Source: a virus
Direction: 5' to 3' (one strand)
Virus record (IMG/VR): IMGVR_UViG_3300025133_009393
Length of the DNA stretch: 64,000 nucleotides
Shown: positions 39,407-49,600 of the stretch, one piece after another
Numbering within the stretch: the stretch's first letter is position 1
How the letters are laid out: each line of letters opens with the position of its first letter
The notes under the pieces: generated by a model
Databases searched by the model: none
What the model saw: the letters and a program-made list of their open reading frames with translations, nothing else
Told to the model about the DNA's origin: nothing
Program-made: the position numbers and the translations under genes

Positions 39407-39472
39407 TCACCCTCGCCTGGTTTTACTTCCTTTGCAACAACGACGTACATCAGGAATATTTCTTTTTCTCAT
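39407..39472 (-). CDS. Small basic Cys-Cys peptide (21 aa)
   Basis: MRKRNIPDVRRCCKGSKTRRG*, SD AAGAGGT; below the ORF-track cutoff. Confidence 0.5.
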   Translation of the reverse strand: MRKRNIPDVRRCCKGSKTRRG

Positions 39473-39476
39473 TGTT

Positions 39477-39779
39477 TTACCTCTTATTAATTTTTATACT
39501 CAAACCGTCGTCCTCTATAATGGAACTTATAAAGTAACTAGTACCTGCGGATAAGCAACCTAAAATAAATGGATTAATATAATTATAATCAAAACTAAAT
39601 AGTTCTGTTAAGCCGTTAATACTCCACAAAAATACACCAACCCAGAAACCCACACACAGGGGACATTCAAATAATTTACCCAAGATACCCTTGGATGGTC
39701 GAATTGAATTAAAGATCGATCCATACAACAGAATAAAAGTCATGCCATAAGCACATAAAATAAAATATATTAATTCCAC
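39477..39779 (-). CDS. Small membrane protein with CxxC (DUF1360-like)
   Basis: GTG start at 39779 behind AGGTG; hydrophobic helices, LFECPLCVGFWVG. Confidence 0.65.
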   Translation of the reverse strand: MELIYFILCAYGMTFILLYGSIFNSIRPSKGILGKLFECPLCVGFWVGVFLWSINGLTELFSFDYNYINPFILGCLSAGTSYFISSIIEDDGLSIKINKR

Positions 39780-39786
39780 TTTACAC

Positions 39787-40353
39787 CTAGAATCTATATG
39801 CAGAGGCAAGGCCATATGGCTTGACGCCCGGGCGAATTGAACCTTTCTCCTCGGCATGGCGTCGGGGATCAAATTCAGTTGACTCATCTTCGAACGGCTC
39901 GGATAGTCTTCTCTCGAATTCTATTTCTAGGGCTCTCTCGTATTCCATTGAAGGCCTTTCTTCTTCAATGAATTTGCCAATAGCAAATAAAGTTAGCTGA
40001 GTTGTGTTATAGTCAGCTGACTCGACAATCGTTCCTTCTAGGGAAGAAAAAACATTTCCGCCCTGTACGGAGTCTAGCGATATAACGCCTTTTCTCATTA
40101 GATAATCAAACATTCTACTTTGGGCGGTATAAACACTTTCTCCATACTGTTCTTTTGGGAAAGCGACAACTTTTTTCTTCCCTGGCATCAATATAATATC
40201 AATATCATGATGGTCGAATATCATAACATTACCATCTGGAGTCTTTCTCGCATTAAGAGACATCTTCGCCTGAGTTGGATTCTTCTCTTCTGCCTCTCTG
40301 GCTAGTTCTTGACGAGATTGCTCTTGTTTGTTTATTGTAATTTTTATTGCCAT
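39787..40353 (-). CDS. Hypothetical protein (head module)
   Basis: 188 aa ORF coupled to its neighbours. Confidence 0.7.
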   Translation of the reverse strand: MAIKITINKQEQSRQELAREAEEKNPTQAKMSLNARKTPDGNVMIFDHHDIDIILMPGKKKVVAFPKEQYGESVYTAQSRMFDYLMRKGVISLDSVQGGNVFSSLEGTIVESADYNTTQLTLFAIGKFIEEERPSMEYERALEIEFERRLSEPFEDESTEFDPRRHAEEKGSIRPGVKPYGLASAYRF

Positions 40354-41162
40354 TATAGTTCCCCTAAAAGATTCTGTATATTGAGCACCTTCTTGACTAA
40401 TCCGGAATCAATTTCCCGTCCTTTAAACTCATCGACAACTTTTAAAACTTCTTGTAGTTTCTTGTTCAACGTGTCGTCTGGCATTTCCGACAATCTGCTT
40501 TCAATGCTTTCGCGCAGACGACCAACTTCTTCATTCAGATAAATTTTAAGCTGCAATCCGTTATCTGAAAAAGATGTAATATATTTGCCCAACAATTCTT
40601 TCTGTTCAGACAACAAGTCTTTTGAATAGGTAGAATTATATTTCTGTAAAAACGTTTTAAAGGCTAAATTATCAATCTTGGGAAACTTAACTTCTCCTGT
40701 TGTCTTTTGTTCCGTTAAGAGATCGGCAACACGAGTCTCCAATACTAGCCTAGATTTTGCTGCAAGGTCGTTGTCATGGAAAAATTGGTAAATTGTTGCA
40801 GCATCCTTATACGAAGGTACAAAATTTTCAAAAACATTTTTTGAAATAGTCTTGTTGATCTTATTGATTAGCCTTGTCTGCTGACCAAACACCTCTTTCG
40901 AATCAAGTTTTTGATGATCTTTTTTTACTTCATGCAAGAATCTACTAGCGGTATTAATATCTAAACTTTTATGCTCTAACATTGCTTTATAAAGCTTAAG
41001 CTCTTTCGAAAGAATCGTACCTTTCTTGAAAAACTCTCTCACTAATACTAGTATTTTATCTTTTTTTTCTATCTCTTCCTTAACCGTACATTTTGTCATT
41101 TCTCGAATTAAGGCCTCGAAAAGAAAAAAAGTATTTCGTTTTTTGTTGTGCTTAAACTTCAT
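40353..41162 (-). CDS. Hypothetical helical protein directly after the portal gene
   Basis: 269 aa, starts MKFKHNKKRNT. Confidence 0.7.
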   Translation of the reverse strand: MKFKHNKKRNTFFLFEALIREMTKCTVKEEIEKKDKILVLVREFFKKGTILSKELKLYKAMLEHKSLDINTASRFLHEVKKDHQKLDSKEVFGQQTRLINKINKTISKNVFENFVPSYKDAATIYQFFHDNDLAAKSRLVLETRVADLLTEQKTTGEVKFPKIDNLAFKTFLQKYNSTYSKDLLSEQKELLGKYITSFSDNGLQLKIYLNEEVGRLRESIESRLSEMPDDTLNKKLQEVLKVVDEFKGREIDSGLVKKVLNIQNLLGEL

Positions 41163-41163
41163 G

Positions 41164-43104
41164 TTATTTTTTTCCCTGATCTTCTAATTGGTCGAGAAGC
41201 TCTCTTATCTCATTATTCATAGCTAATATGTTTTCTTCTTCTTTCTTGTAAGTAGAATCTAAAGTTTCATAAATTCCAAAACGTGCTTGTTCTTGTGCTT
41301 CTCGGCCCGGAAAAACCTCGCCGGTCCTTGATCTGCTCGTTGCGCCGCGTTGATCAGACGAAACGTTTGCTTTTGCCCTCATATGAACCCGTCGGCGGCC
41401 GGTGCGGTGATAGTTTGGTCCCTTGTGGTGAGCCTTCCCTTTTTTGGCAACTGTCATATTATCATCGCGCTTTGCCGGCGGAAGAGTCTCTGTACCAGGC
41501 GGAGTGGCCAACAAATCACCCTCTTCAGGGCCGACGTCTTCGAGGCCGGCCTCTTCAGGCATTTCACCTTCGCCGCCCATTTCTTCTCCGCCCAAATCTT
41601 CTCCGCCCAAATCTAAGCCGCCGCCGAGGTCGGCGCCGCCGCCCAGGGAATCCGCTTCGGCGGCTCCTTCAATCGACCTCTCCAGGGCAGATTCAAACTT
41701 GCGATCATGGAACATCTCTCTCTGTATTCGTACCATTTCTTCTTCCGGCAGATTAAACAGATTTTCAGCGACCCAGCGCTTACTAAAGAATCCTTCCGTA
41801 GCGGAGCTAGCAATATCAAACTTAGTTTTCCAATGTTCCAACTCTTGCAATTCTGCCAAACGTGAGGGATTGTTAAGGCTTAGGGTAAAAGATAACAAAT
41901 CAGCCCCTCTATAACCCATTGTAAATAAATGAATAACACCAACCTTTTCAAGTTCCGAAACTATTGCGCGTTGGAGTCTTTGAATTGTTCTCGCAAAACG
42001 TATATCTTTTTGTGACAGCGTTGCTTCGTCTTCAGAGTCGTCGCCGCGCGAAAGATAGGATGCCGGTACTTTCAAAGCAGAGAACAATTTGTCTCTCAAA
42101 TACTTGACGTCATCGATGTCTCCAGTATAAGTTCCGCCGGGCAAGGATTCAACTCTAGAGGATTGGCCACCGCGCACAGGAATATAATAATCTTCCTCAA
42201 TGCTCATCGGGTTGTAACGCAAATCAACTCTGCCCGTATCCGGATCTACAATCTGATTTCGCTTCATCTGTGTGAGAACTTTTTGCATATAAGTTTCCAC
42301 GTCTGCGGGATTAATCGCGCCGACATCAATATAAAAAACTCTTCTTTCTGGCGATCTGACAATACGATATGCCATCATCGCATCCTCAATTAACGTCAGC
42401 TGTCTCCAGATTCTTCTTGCAGGCTCCAAAATAGAGGTACCATACGGAGCATATCGATCATTTCCTAAAATCCTGAAATGTGCAACCTGCCAATTTTCAA
42501 AAGTCATTCCAGCATCGTTCCATTGAAACTGTACATAATTTGGATTTGCTTTATCTTCACCCTCCAATCTCTCAACTTGCGCCGGCGGAATACCAGTTAC
42601 GTATTTGATCCCCTCTTGTTCCTCAATATCTAGATAAAGAAAGAAGTCGCCGTACTTGCACATCGTACGACACCAACCAAATAGATTGAAATCAATATTT
42701 AGAATACTATGATACAAAGTATCCAAGATATGTTTTATCTCTTCATTGGGGCACTTAATAGATAATAAAGGAGTTAAGTAAGTTGAGGTTGTCATCTCAT
42801 CAGCATATATATCTAACGCTGAGGCAATTTCCGGAGTGTATTCCATCTGGTCGAAATCAATATATCGATCTGCACGATTTTGATTTGCCATATATGCGGC
42901 TTGCATGGCCTCATAAGGGGAGCGAGTATCTTTTTTGAATGACTGGCCACTGGCAGATTTAAATTTAAGCCTATCTACTTGATGTCTTTTTAATTTACGT
43001 GGAGTCTGACGTCTGAAGTCAACCAAAGGTCCAGAAAGAAGTCGTGTAAGTTTTCTAAATAACTCGCTTTGATTGTTCTTGGGATTGTTTTTTCTATCAG
43101 CCAT
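41164..43104 (-). CDS. Portal protein (T4 gp20-like)
   Basis: PEIASALDIYADE, IEDAMMAYRIVRSPERRVFYIDVG, EDYYIPVRGG..VESLPGG, DDVKY..ALKVP.SYL. Confidence 0.95.
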   Translation of the reverse strand: MADRKNNPKNNQSELFRKLTRLLSGPLVDFRRQTPRKLKRHQVDRLKFKSASGQSFKKDTRSPYEAMQAAYMANQNRADRYIDFDQMEYTPEIASALDIYADEMTTSTYLTPLLSIKCPNEEIKHILDTLYHSILNIDFNLFGWCRTMCKYGDFFLYLDIEEQEGIKYVTGIPPAQVERLEGEDKANPNYVQFQWNDAGMTFENWQVAHFRILGNDRYAPYGTSILEPARRIWRQLTLIEDAMMAYRIVRSPERRVFYIDVGAINPADVETYMQKVLTQMKRNQIVDPDTGRVDLRYNPMSIEEDYYIPVRGGQSSRVESLPGGTYTGDIDDVKYLRDKLFSALKVPASYLSRGDDSEDEATLSQKDIRFARTIQRLQRAIVSELEKVGVIHLFTMGYRGADLLSFTLSLNNPSRLAELQELEHWKTKFDIASSATEGFFSKRWVAENLFNLPEEEMVRIQREMFHDRKFESALERSIEGAAEADSLGGGADLGGGLDLGGEDLGGEEMGGEGEMPEEAGLEDVGPEEGDLLATPPGTETLPPAKRDDNMTVAKKGKAHHKGPNYHRTGRRRVHMRAKANVSSDQRGATSRSRTGEVFPGREAQEQARFGIYETLDSTYKKEEENILAMNNEIRELLDQLEDQGKK

Positions 43105-43107
43105 GTG

Positions 43108-44682
43108 TTATCCTTTCAGCAGCCAGACAAAATCTTTTTGCATTTTTTTCTGCTTATCTTTTTTTATCTCGTCATACCCCAACATTCCTGGAATGTTGGT
43201 ATTTAAATTTGTTGAAGATTTTTGCATTGAATTCAAAAACGCCTTCTTATACTCAATCTCGCGCTGATTGACGCTAAAGACAGTATCTCTTATCCAGCAT
43301 CCGATCGCGCAAGATGTTATCAAATCATCATTATATTTTTTCATAGCCTGGGGCCGGCCCATATGCCACACAAAAGTTTTCATTTCATTATACAGTCTTC
43401 TCGAATATATTTTAATTAGTTTATTTCTAACTAATTCCTCCATTTTTGCAATCACCAAGGGGCGCGTTTTTGACGTCATGCTAAAGCCTGGGACTGCATT
43501 CGAAGCATGCTCTCCCAGTACTGGATCGACATACTCGTGCGAAGATTTGTATGAATAATATATATTTGGATATCCGGATTCTTGCAGTTTATCCAGCACT
43601 GTCCAGCCAACAGAGTTATTTTCCACCGCCAACATACAGTTTGCATATTCAGCACCAACCTGCGAAAGCAAATTCGCAAACATATCTAAAGATGGCTTTC
43701 CCTTGTACTCTGCTACAATCTCCATTGTCTCTATTTTAAAGATATGAAAGGCAGAATAATCTTTGCCGTCGCCTCTCGCGACGTCAGCAACTAACAGATA
43801 GTTAAACTCCGGACTGTGTTCTTCCCAAATCCAAAAATTTCTATCGAAGCCAGTCCTATGTTTGGGTTCACATATTGTTTGTTCAATCCTAGTCATGTCG
43901 TCCGGATGAAAAACAGTTTCACCAGACATATTAAAGTTGCACTGGAGTTCTTGCGCAATTTGTCGACGTGACATGTTCTTTGTTTCGTTCTCAAACCAGG
44001 CTTGATCGCGGTCGGGATGTACGTCCCAAGGCAGAATAGTGCCGAAAAAATCATTTTTGCTATCTTCCGCATCAATATAAGTTTGATGAAACCAATTACC
44101 AACGCCATTCGGCGTAGATAAGGCGATGCAGCGGCCGCCGGTTGATAGCGTCGGATACAAACCAGTCCAAAGTTCATCTAAACCTTCAACGTGTGCGGCC
44201 TCGTCGATAACCAGCAAAGATAGCGCTTCCGAACGTCCAGCGTCGGCACTAGTTGAAGATGCTTTAATCTGTGATCCGTTAGTCAGTTCAAACGAAGTTC
44301 TATTATCAACACTAATGTTTGATATTCTTACCCACTCGGGAAGGTTCTTGATAATGGCTTTAACCTTTTTGACCAAATTAGAAGCCGTGCTAAATTTAGT
44401 AGCAATTACAAGAATATTCTTGTCGCGGTGAAACATCATCAGCCACACAATATAAGCTGCAGAGATTGTAGAAATTCCTAGCTGACGGGCTTTCAATATT
44501 ACGTTAAAACGATGATCATTGAAATCCTTAATTAATTCTTCTTGATAACCATACATTTTGAAAGGTATCAAGCCCAACAAAGGGTGTGATATCTTAGCAT
44601 AATTATTAATAAAATAGACAGGATCTTTGCCAGATCTTATTATTTCTTTTATTATCTGGTCTTTCGAAAGCTGATAGCTCAT
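43108..44682 (-). CDS. terL: Terminase large subunit (T4 gp17-like)
   Basis: YGYQ, KARQLGIST, LLVIDEAAH, LSTPNG, nuclease VADVARGDGKD, DDL. Confidence 0.95.
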   Translation of the reverse strand: MSYQLSKDQIIKEIIRSGKDPVYFINNYAKISHPLLGLIPFKMYGYQEELIKDFNDHRFNVILKARQLGISTISAAYIVWLMMFHRDKNILVIATKFSTASNLVKKVKAIIKNLPEWVRISNISVDNRTSFELTNGSQIKASSTSADAGRSEALSLLVIDEAAHVEGLDELWTGLYPTLSTGGRCIALSTPNGVGNWFHQTYIDAEDSKNDFFGTILPWDVHPDRDQAWFENETKNMSRRQIAQELQCNFNMSGETVFHPDDMTRIEQTICEPKHRTGFDRNFWIWEEHSPEFNYLLVADVARGDGKDYSAFHIFKIETMEIVAEYKGKPSLDMFANLLSQVGAEYANCMLAVENNSVGWTVLDKLQESGYPNIYYSYKSSHEYVDPVLGEHASNAVPGFSMTSKTRPLVIAKMEELVRNKLIKIYSRRLYNEMKTFVWHMGRPQAMKKYNDDLITSCAIGCWIRDTVFSVNQREIEYKKAFLNSMQKSSTNLNTNIPGMLGYDEIKKDKQKKMQKDFVWLLKG

Positions 44683-44685
44683 TTG

Positions 44686-45219
44686 CTAGCCCCTCTGGTT
44701 TTTATTTGAGGGACGCTGACCCCATCCTCCTAGATTTAGAAATTCTTTAAATTTACCTTCCAATCTCTCTTCTGATGGCTTTAGTCTATCTTCAACATCT
44801 TTTAAACCACCAATCTTATACGTCTTGGCGACTGTAACAAAAACTCGTACTCTGGATGTTGACTGCACTAAAATATCAACGTCGTCGCCGGCGGTCAAAG
44901 CCAAAGCATTGCCAGTTATCTTTTTATATTCTTTCTTGAGCCACTTTGCAATATCAGCACAGGTTCTATTACATTCGTTCTCAAAATTTGTATTATAAAC
45001 GTCTTTTAGCTTGATGTCGGATTGATAAGACACGATAAGTTTGGTGCCGTCGACCCTGCACTTAAAGCCGTCCATGGTTCTAGAATCGAGAGCGGGATTC
45101 CCCTCCTCTCTCCTGAGACCAATCTTGATTGGCTCACCCTTATCATCTAGCGCGCCATCATATGCATTGGCAGCTGCTTGAGCGATTCCTCTAATAATAT
45201 CTAAAGTTACTTGTGACAT
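44686..45219 (-). CDS. Hypothetical protein upstream of TerL
   Basis: 177 aa, AGGAG SD. Confidence 0.7.
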   Translation of the reverse strand: MSQVTLDIIRGIAQAAANAYDGALDDKGEPIKIGLRREEGNPALDSRTMDGFKCRVDGTKLIVSYQSDIKLKDVYNTNFENECNRTCADIAKWLKKEYKKITGNALALTAGDDVDILVQSTSRVRVFVTVAKTYKIGGLKDVEDRLKPSEERLEGKFKEFLNLGGWGQRPSNKNQRG

Positions 45220-45600
45220 TTAATTATCTCCTGGTCTCCAGCCGTTAAGCCATCTTTCTTCTCTGTCCTCAACGTATTGTATAAAACATTTTTCACAACA
45301 TTCATACTTCAACATGTATATATCGTCCTGCAAGTTAAATGAATAATATTCGCAAACAGAACATTTTCTATTTGAATCTCTATTAATTAGTTTTTTAGAT
45401 ACTAAAAAACCATCAATTTCAACCTTTTGTGTTTCTTCTTCTCGAAGGCGGTGCTTTTGATCAATTAATTTTATCTGTTCAAGATATTCTTTTTCTTTAT
45501 CAGGGCCCCAATTTGATCTAGGATTTTGTATTGCTTCGCTACCATATTTTTGCTTTATTGCTTTTTCCAAACGAGCAATATAATTCAAATCTTTTTTCAC
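45220..45600 (-). CDS. Hypothetical zinc-finger protein
   Basis: GTG start overlapping the upstream stop (GTGA); CSVC...CCEKC. Confidence 0.7.
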   Translation of the reverse strand: MKKDLNYIARLEKAIKQKYGSEAIQNPRSNWGPDKEKEYLEQIKLIDQKHRLREEETQKVEIDGFLVSKKLINRDSNRKCSVCEYYSFNLQDDIYMLKYECCEKCFIQYVEDREERWLNGWRPGDN

Positions 45601-46061
45601 TTCTGAGCCTCGACGGCAGCATAAAATATTCCAATAGACAACAGAGCGCCGGTGACGAGACCTAGCGTGACCCACAGGGCGGCATAATCATTGGGGCTTT
45701 CTGTCGCTATCTCTTGAAGGCGTGCTATCTCTTCTGTTTTAATACCTATTATTGAATCGCTGCTTTCTTTTAAACTGTCGTACCTGGCTTGAAGAGTGGA
45801 CAGCCTCAAGGTATAATCTGCCTCTATCTTCTTAAGCTCATAATTTAATTTAAGCTCATACTCCATCAAAGAATATTTTTTATCCGTATTGATTTTTGCA
45901 GCTGCAATTGGATCTAACAAGATGCCGGTATATGGTGCTTTTTGATTTGCCTGCATTACTGTGATTTGCCCCTCAAGCTCTTCTGTTTCTTGTGCTTTTG
46001 TTTGAAGCGGTGCTAAAACAATGCTAAGACTTATGACAATACTTAATAAAACTTTATTCAT
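45597..46061 (-). CDS. Signal peptide + coiled coil + C-terminal TM protein (spanin-like)
   Basis: MNKVLLSIVISLSIVLAPLQTKA|QE; C-terminal LWVTLGLVTGALLSIGIFYAAV. Confidence 0.5.
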   Translation of the reverse strand: MNKVLLSIVISLSIVLAPLQTKAQETEELEGQITVMQANQKAPYTGILLDPIAAAKINTDKKYSLMEYELKLNYELKKIEADYTLRLSTLQARYDSLKESSDSIIGIKTEEIARLQEIATESPNDYAALWVTLGLVTGALLSIGIFYAAVEAQK

Positions 46062-46064
46062 TTT

Positions 46065-46436
46065 TTAAACCTCAAAAAGCTTTTTCATCTCTTCAGCTAA
46101 AACAGAAGGATCATCCTTGTGCTCACTGACTAAATTCTGAATTTCTTTCTTTTTCTTTTTCGAAAGCTCGTCTACTTTAATAGTATGCTCTTTTTCAAGA
46201 TTTTTTAAGGTTTCTTGATAAACTAACACGATCTCTTCTCTTTGCTGCAGCTCTTTTTCATGGGCTGTTTTAATAACTTCAATCTCTTTTTGATAACTTT
46301 CTTTAGTAATGTCGAGTACTTTAAGGACATTAGCATTCGAACGTCTAAAAATTATCCACAGAACAATAGTATAGATCAGCACCGCCGGTATATACCAGTA
46401 GTGCTTAATCCAAACCCAAGCTTTTTTCCAAAACAT
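46065..46436 (-). CDS. N-terminal TM + coiled-coil protein (i-spanin-like)
   Basis: WYIPAVLIYTIVLWIIFRR followed by heptad-rich region. Confidence 0.55.
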   Translation of the reverse strand: MFWKKAWVWIKHYWYIPAVLIYTIVLWIIFRRSNANVLKVLDITKESYQKEIEVIKTAHEKELQQREEIVLVYQETLKNLEKEHTIKVDELSKKKKKEIQNLVSEHKDDPSVLAEEMKKLFEV

Positions 46437-46441
46437 ACTAA

Positions 46442-46624
46442 CTAGCTGCTTTTCCAAGCTTTGGCTAAGTCAACTGCAGCCTGCGAACCAATATAAATTA
46501 CAGTCACCGCAACCCAATCCTCGCTATGTAAAGCACCCTGCATGGCCAAAAAAGTTGCAGTACCCCAAGCAAGAAGTTTTCTACTTACCAATTTTCCTAT
46601 AACTCCATCAATGAACTCTTTCAT
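46442..46624 (-). CDS. Holin-like small protein with two TM helices
   Basis: 60 aa, SRKLLAW..., YIGSQAAVD; AAGGAG SD and ACTATTTA motif upstream. Confidence 0.6.
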   Translation of the reverse strand: MKEFIDGVIGKLVSRKLLAWGTATFLAMQGALHSEDWVAVTVIYIGSQAAVDLAKAWKSS

Positions 46625-46674
46625 AATTATTCTCCTTTATTAAAAGTCTTTAATTAAATCCTTATATAAATAGT

Positions 46675-49600
46675 TTAATGATTTACATTTGCAAATCTGT
46701 CTTTCTTTTCAATAATAATCTGCGTATCCACAATGTCTTTCAAGCTGTCCAAATGCGAAATAAGTAGCACAGTTTTAAACTGAGTCTTGATCATGTCCAG
46801 GATTCGAATAAAGCCTTCCATGTTTTCTTCGTCTAAAGCAGTGCCGGGCTCGTCTAAAATAAATATGTCTCCCTTCGGAAGAGTAGATATATTTAATAGT
46901 GCCAAGCGAATAGCCATGGCAGCGATCGTCTTCTCTGCTCCTGAGCCCATTTCAATTGGCCTGGCATCATATTCCGGATGTTTAATTAAGATGTCTAACT
47001 TCGTATCCTCATTAACAAACATAATTTCGAACTCAACAATGTTTGTAAGAATCTTCGATACTTCTGAATTAATCAAAGGCAAACGTTTTTTAATAATGTC
47101 GTAAGCAATTCCATTTGCATGCATACAGCGCATAAATAAATCATAGGCCGAATATTGTTCTTGCATATCTTTGTATTCTTCCTGTTCTTGTTCAACCTTT
47201 TCAAGTTGCTGCTCAAGCGAACCATTTGCTTTATACAAATCTAATACCTTTTTTTGACACTGTCCATGCTTCATCTTCTGATCTTCTATCTTGTCTTTCA
47301 GCACTTTTTTTCTCTCCAGCAAACTTTCGAGATTTTCTATAGCCTCTTTGTTATCTTCGTATTGCTGTCTTTTGATACTCATTTCATTAACAATATTATT
47401 AGATTTGAGCATCCTTGTCTTATTCTTTTCAATCGATAGCTCCAGAGCAGATATCTCATTTTGTGTCGATGTTCTCTTTTCAACAACCTGCTCATACTTT
47501 GTAATATAATCATTAATTTTGTCTGGCTTTAAATCAGTTACAATATTCTGCTTTTCCTTCTTTGAGGCAGACAATTTCTCTACTGCAACAATTGTGCCGA
47601 CGAGACCCTTCTTGGCTGTATACGCATCTTTAATGAATCTACAATGTGAAAATTCTGAACCGCATGGCACTTCATTTAAAAGCTGTATCTTTTTCTTTTG
47701 CCTTTCTAGTTGGCCTTCGAACCGGAGGATTTCTTTTTCGATTTCATCAAGTCTTTCATAATTCTCCTCAATAAGCTTCTGTTTTTCTTCAAGCGAAGCG
47801 ACATCAAAAGCTTCCAAGAATTTTGCAAGCTTGTTAAACATCGTTTTGCTTTCTTGTAATTCTTCATTTGATTTTTTATTTTGCTCTTTGTATTTATTTA
47901 GCAGCCCCTGTTGAGCATCCAGTGCTCTTTCTATCTCTGAAATATTAATTATTTCCGTCGGAAGAGAACGAATCTTGGCATCAATATCTGAATACTCATC
48001 CAACATTTGTTTTACTTCATTTTGAATGTTTTCACATTCTCTTTCTTTAGTTAGTTTAAGTGTATCATTTCTAGCGAATTCCGTTCTGGCTTTTTTAATT
48101 TCGCTCTCAAATTCTCTCGCTTCAGAACGACGAAGGAGTCCTCTCATATCGGACGCGTCTTCTTTTGCTTTGCGAAACTTATTTTCAAAGATCTCCAAGT
48201 CAAGAAACTTGGCTAAAATCTCCTTTCTTCTTGTAGATCCTTCGCTGATATATGTTAAGGATCCTAGCTGAGATGCCATAGACGTTAACAAGAAGTCATC
48301 GATTGTTCCAAAGATCTTTCGAATATTCTTATCGGTATCGATACGGCTTAAGCCATTTAACTCTTGCTCTTCTCCGGTTGCATTATCAAGCACGCGAAAA
48401 TCCACATCAGTTTTTGCTTCCGTAGTTACCTTGCCTTTCAGTTTCTTTTGGTATTTCTTGCTTGTTCTTTCAATCATGTAAGTTCTGGTACCGATGTCAA
48501 CTTCGACATAACCCCTGCAATCTTCTTTATTCTGGTTTATAATATTGAGATTTTTTCGGTTGTGCTTGGATGTTGTGTTATAAAGAGTATACAGCATGCT
48601 ATCAATAATACTAGACTTTCCAGAAAAATTCTTTCCTAGAATTCCAACGGTACCATTCATGTTAAAAAAATCTATGCTATTGTTCTCGCTATAATTGAAT
48701 AAATTATCCCACTCTAAATGTTTTATTCTCCAACTAATATTACGACTAACTTCTTCCTGTTCTTCAACAATTGCCTTATACTTTCTATTAAGCCCATAAA
48801 CCTTTTGCAAGGTTTCGTCTTGAGCCTGAAAGTCTTTCAAATATTCATCGATTAACTCTTCTTGAATTGCAGTATCTCTCAAGTCTTCTTGGACTAAGCC
48901 ACTTGTTAGCTCTTCAACACTTCCGCGCTCGCCGGCTGCTCTACTTAAATATGTTATAGCTTCTGGCTTGAAGCGACTCTTGCTGGCTTCTACAGCTTTG
49001 CGTACAACTCCCAAAGGAAGATTGTTTTGTGATACCAAGCGTAGCCGGGCGCCCTTCTGTATTTCTGTGTTTCTAGGAATGCGTCCAGAAGGGGTAAGAG
49101 TAATTGTAATGAAAGGCTTGGGATTTTTAATAGAATGGTGCTTAACAGTGAATTTATCTTTGCTTTCAATATCCCAAATTAAATATCCCTTATTGTTTGT
49201 TTCTCCATGGTTCTGTTGGATCGTCGAGCCAGGATAGCGTATTTTACCCTCTTTGTCGAGGGCTTGATTGGTTTTGTGTATATCCCCAAGAAAACCATAG
49301 TCAAAATCATTAAAGATACTAAGATCATTTTCACCCCTCTCCATTGTCCAGCCGGCGTCAGTTTGGCAATTTGATATAGATCCATGATAAAGTGCAATAT
49401 TTATGCGTGAATTATCAGAAGGAGGTTGCCAGTTTCCCATATCGAACACAGATAGCACATTCAAGGAGAAATTACCCCTTAAAGCGACTTCTCCGGAATC
49501 ACGGAGTAAGTATAGGTTTGGATGGCCAAGGGCGTTTACGATGGGTGTAAGCGCGTCCTGGCGGCTTGAATTGCGCAAGTTACCATCATGGTTGCCCAAA

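Noticed and set aside
39400-39416. Selenocysteine UGA with a SECIS
   Set aside because: The UGA is inside the hairpin loop rather than upstream of it, and readthrough would add only four codons.
938-44682. Inteins or introns in helicase, RecA, TerL, portal or capsid genes
   Set aside because: Lengths are normal, motifs are contiguous, and no splice-junction or homing-endonuclease motifs were seen.
44686-45600. Assigning the terminase small subunit to one of the two genes upstream of TerL
   Set aside because: The position fits but no recognisable TerS motif was found; both are left as hypothetical.
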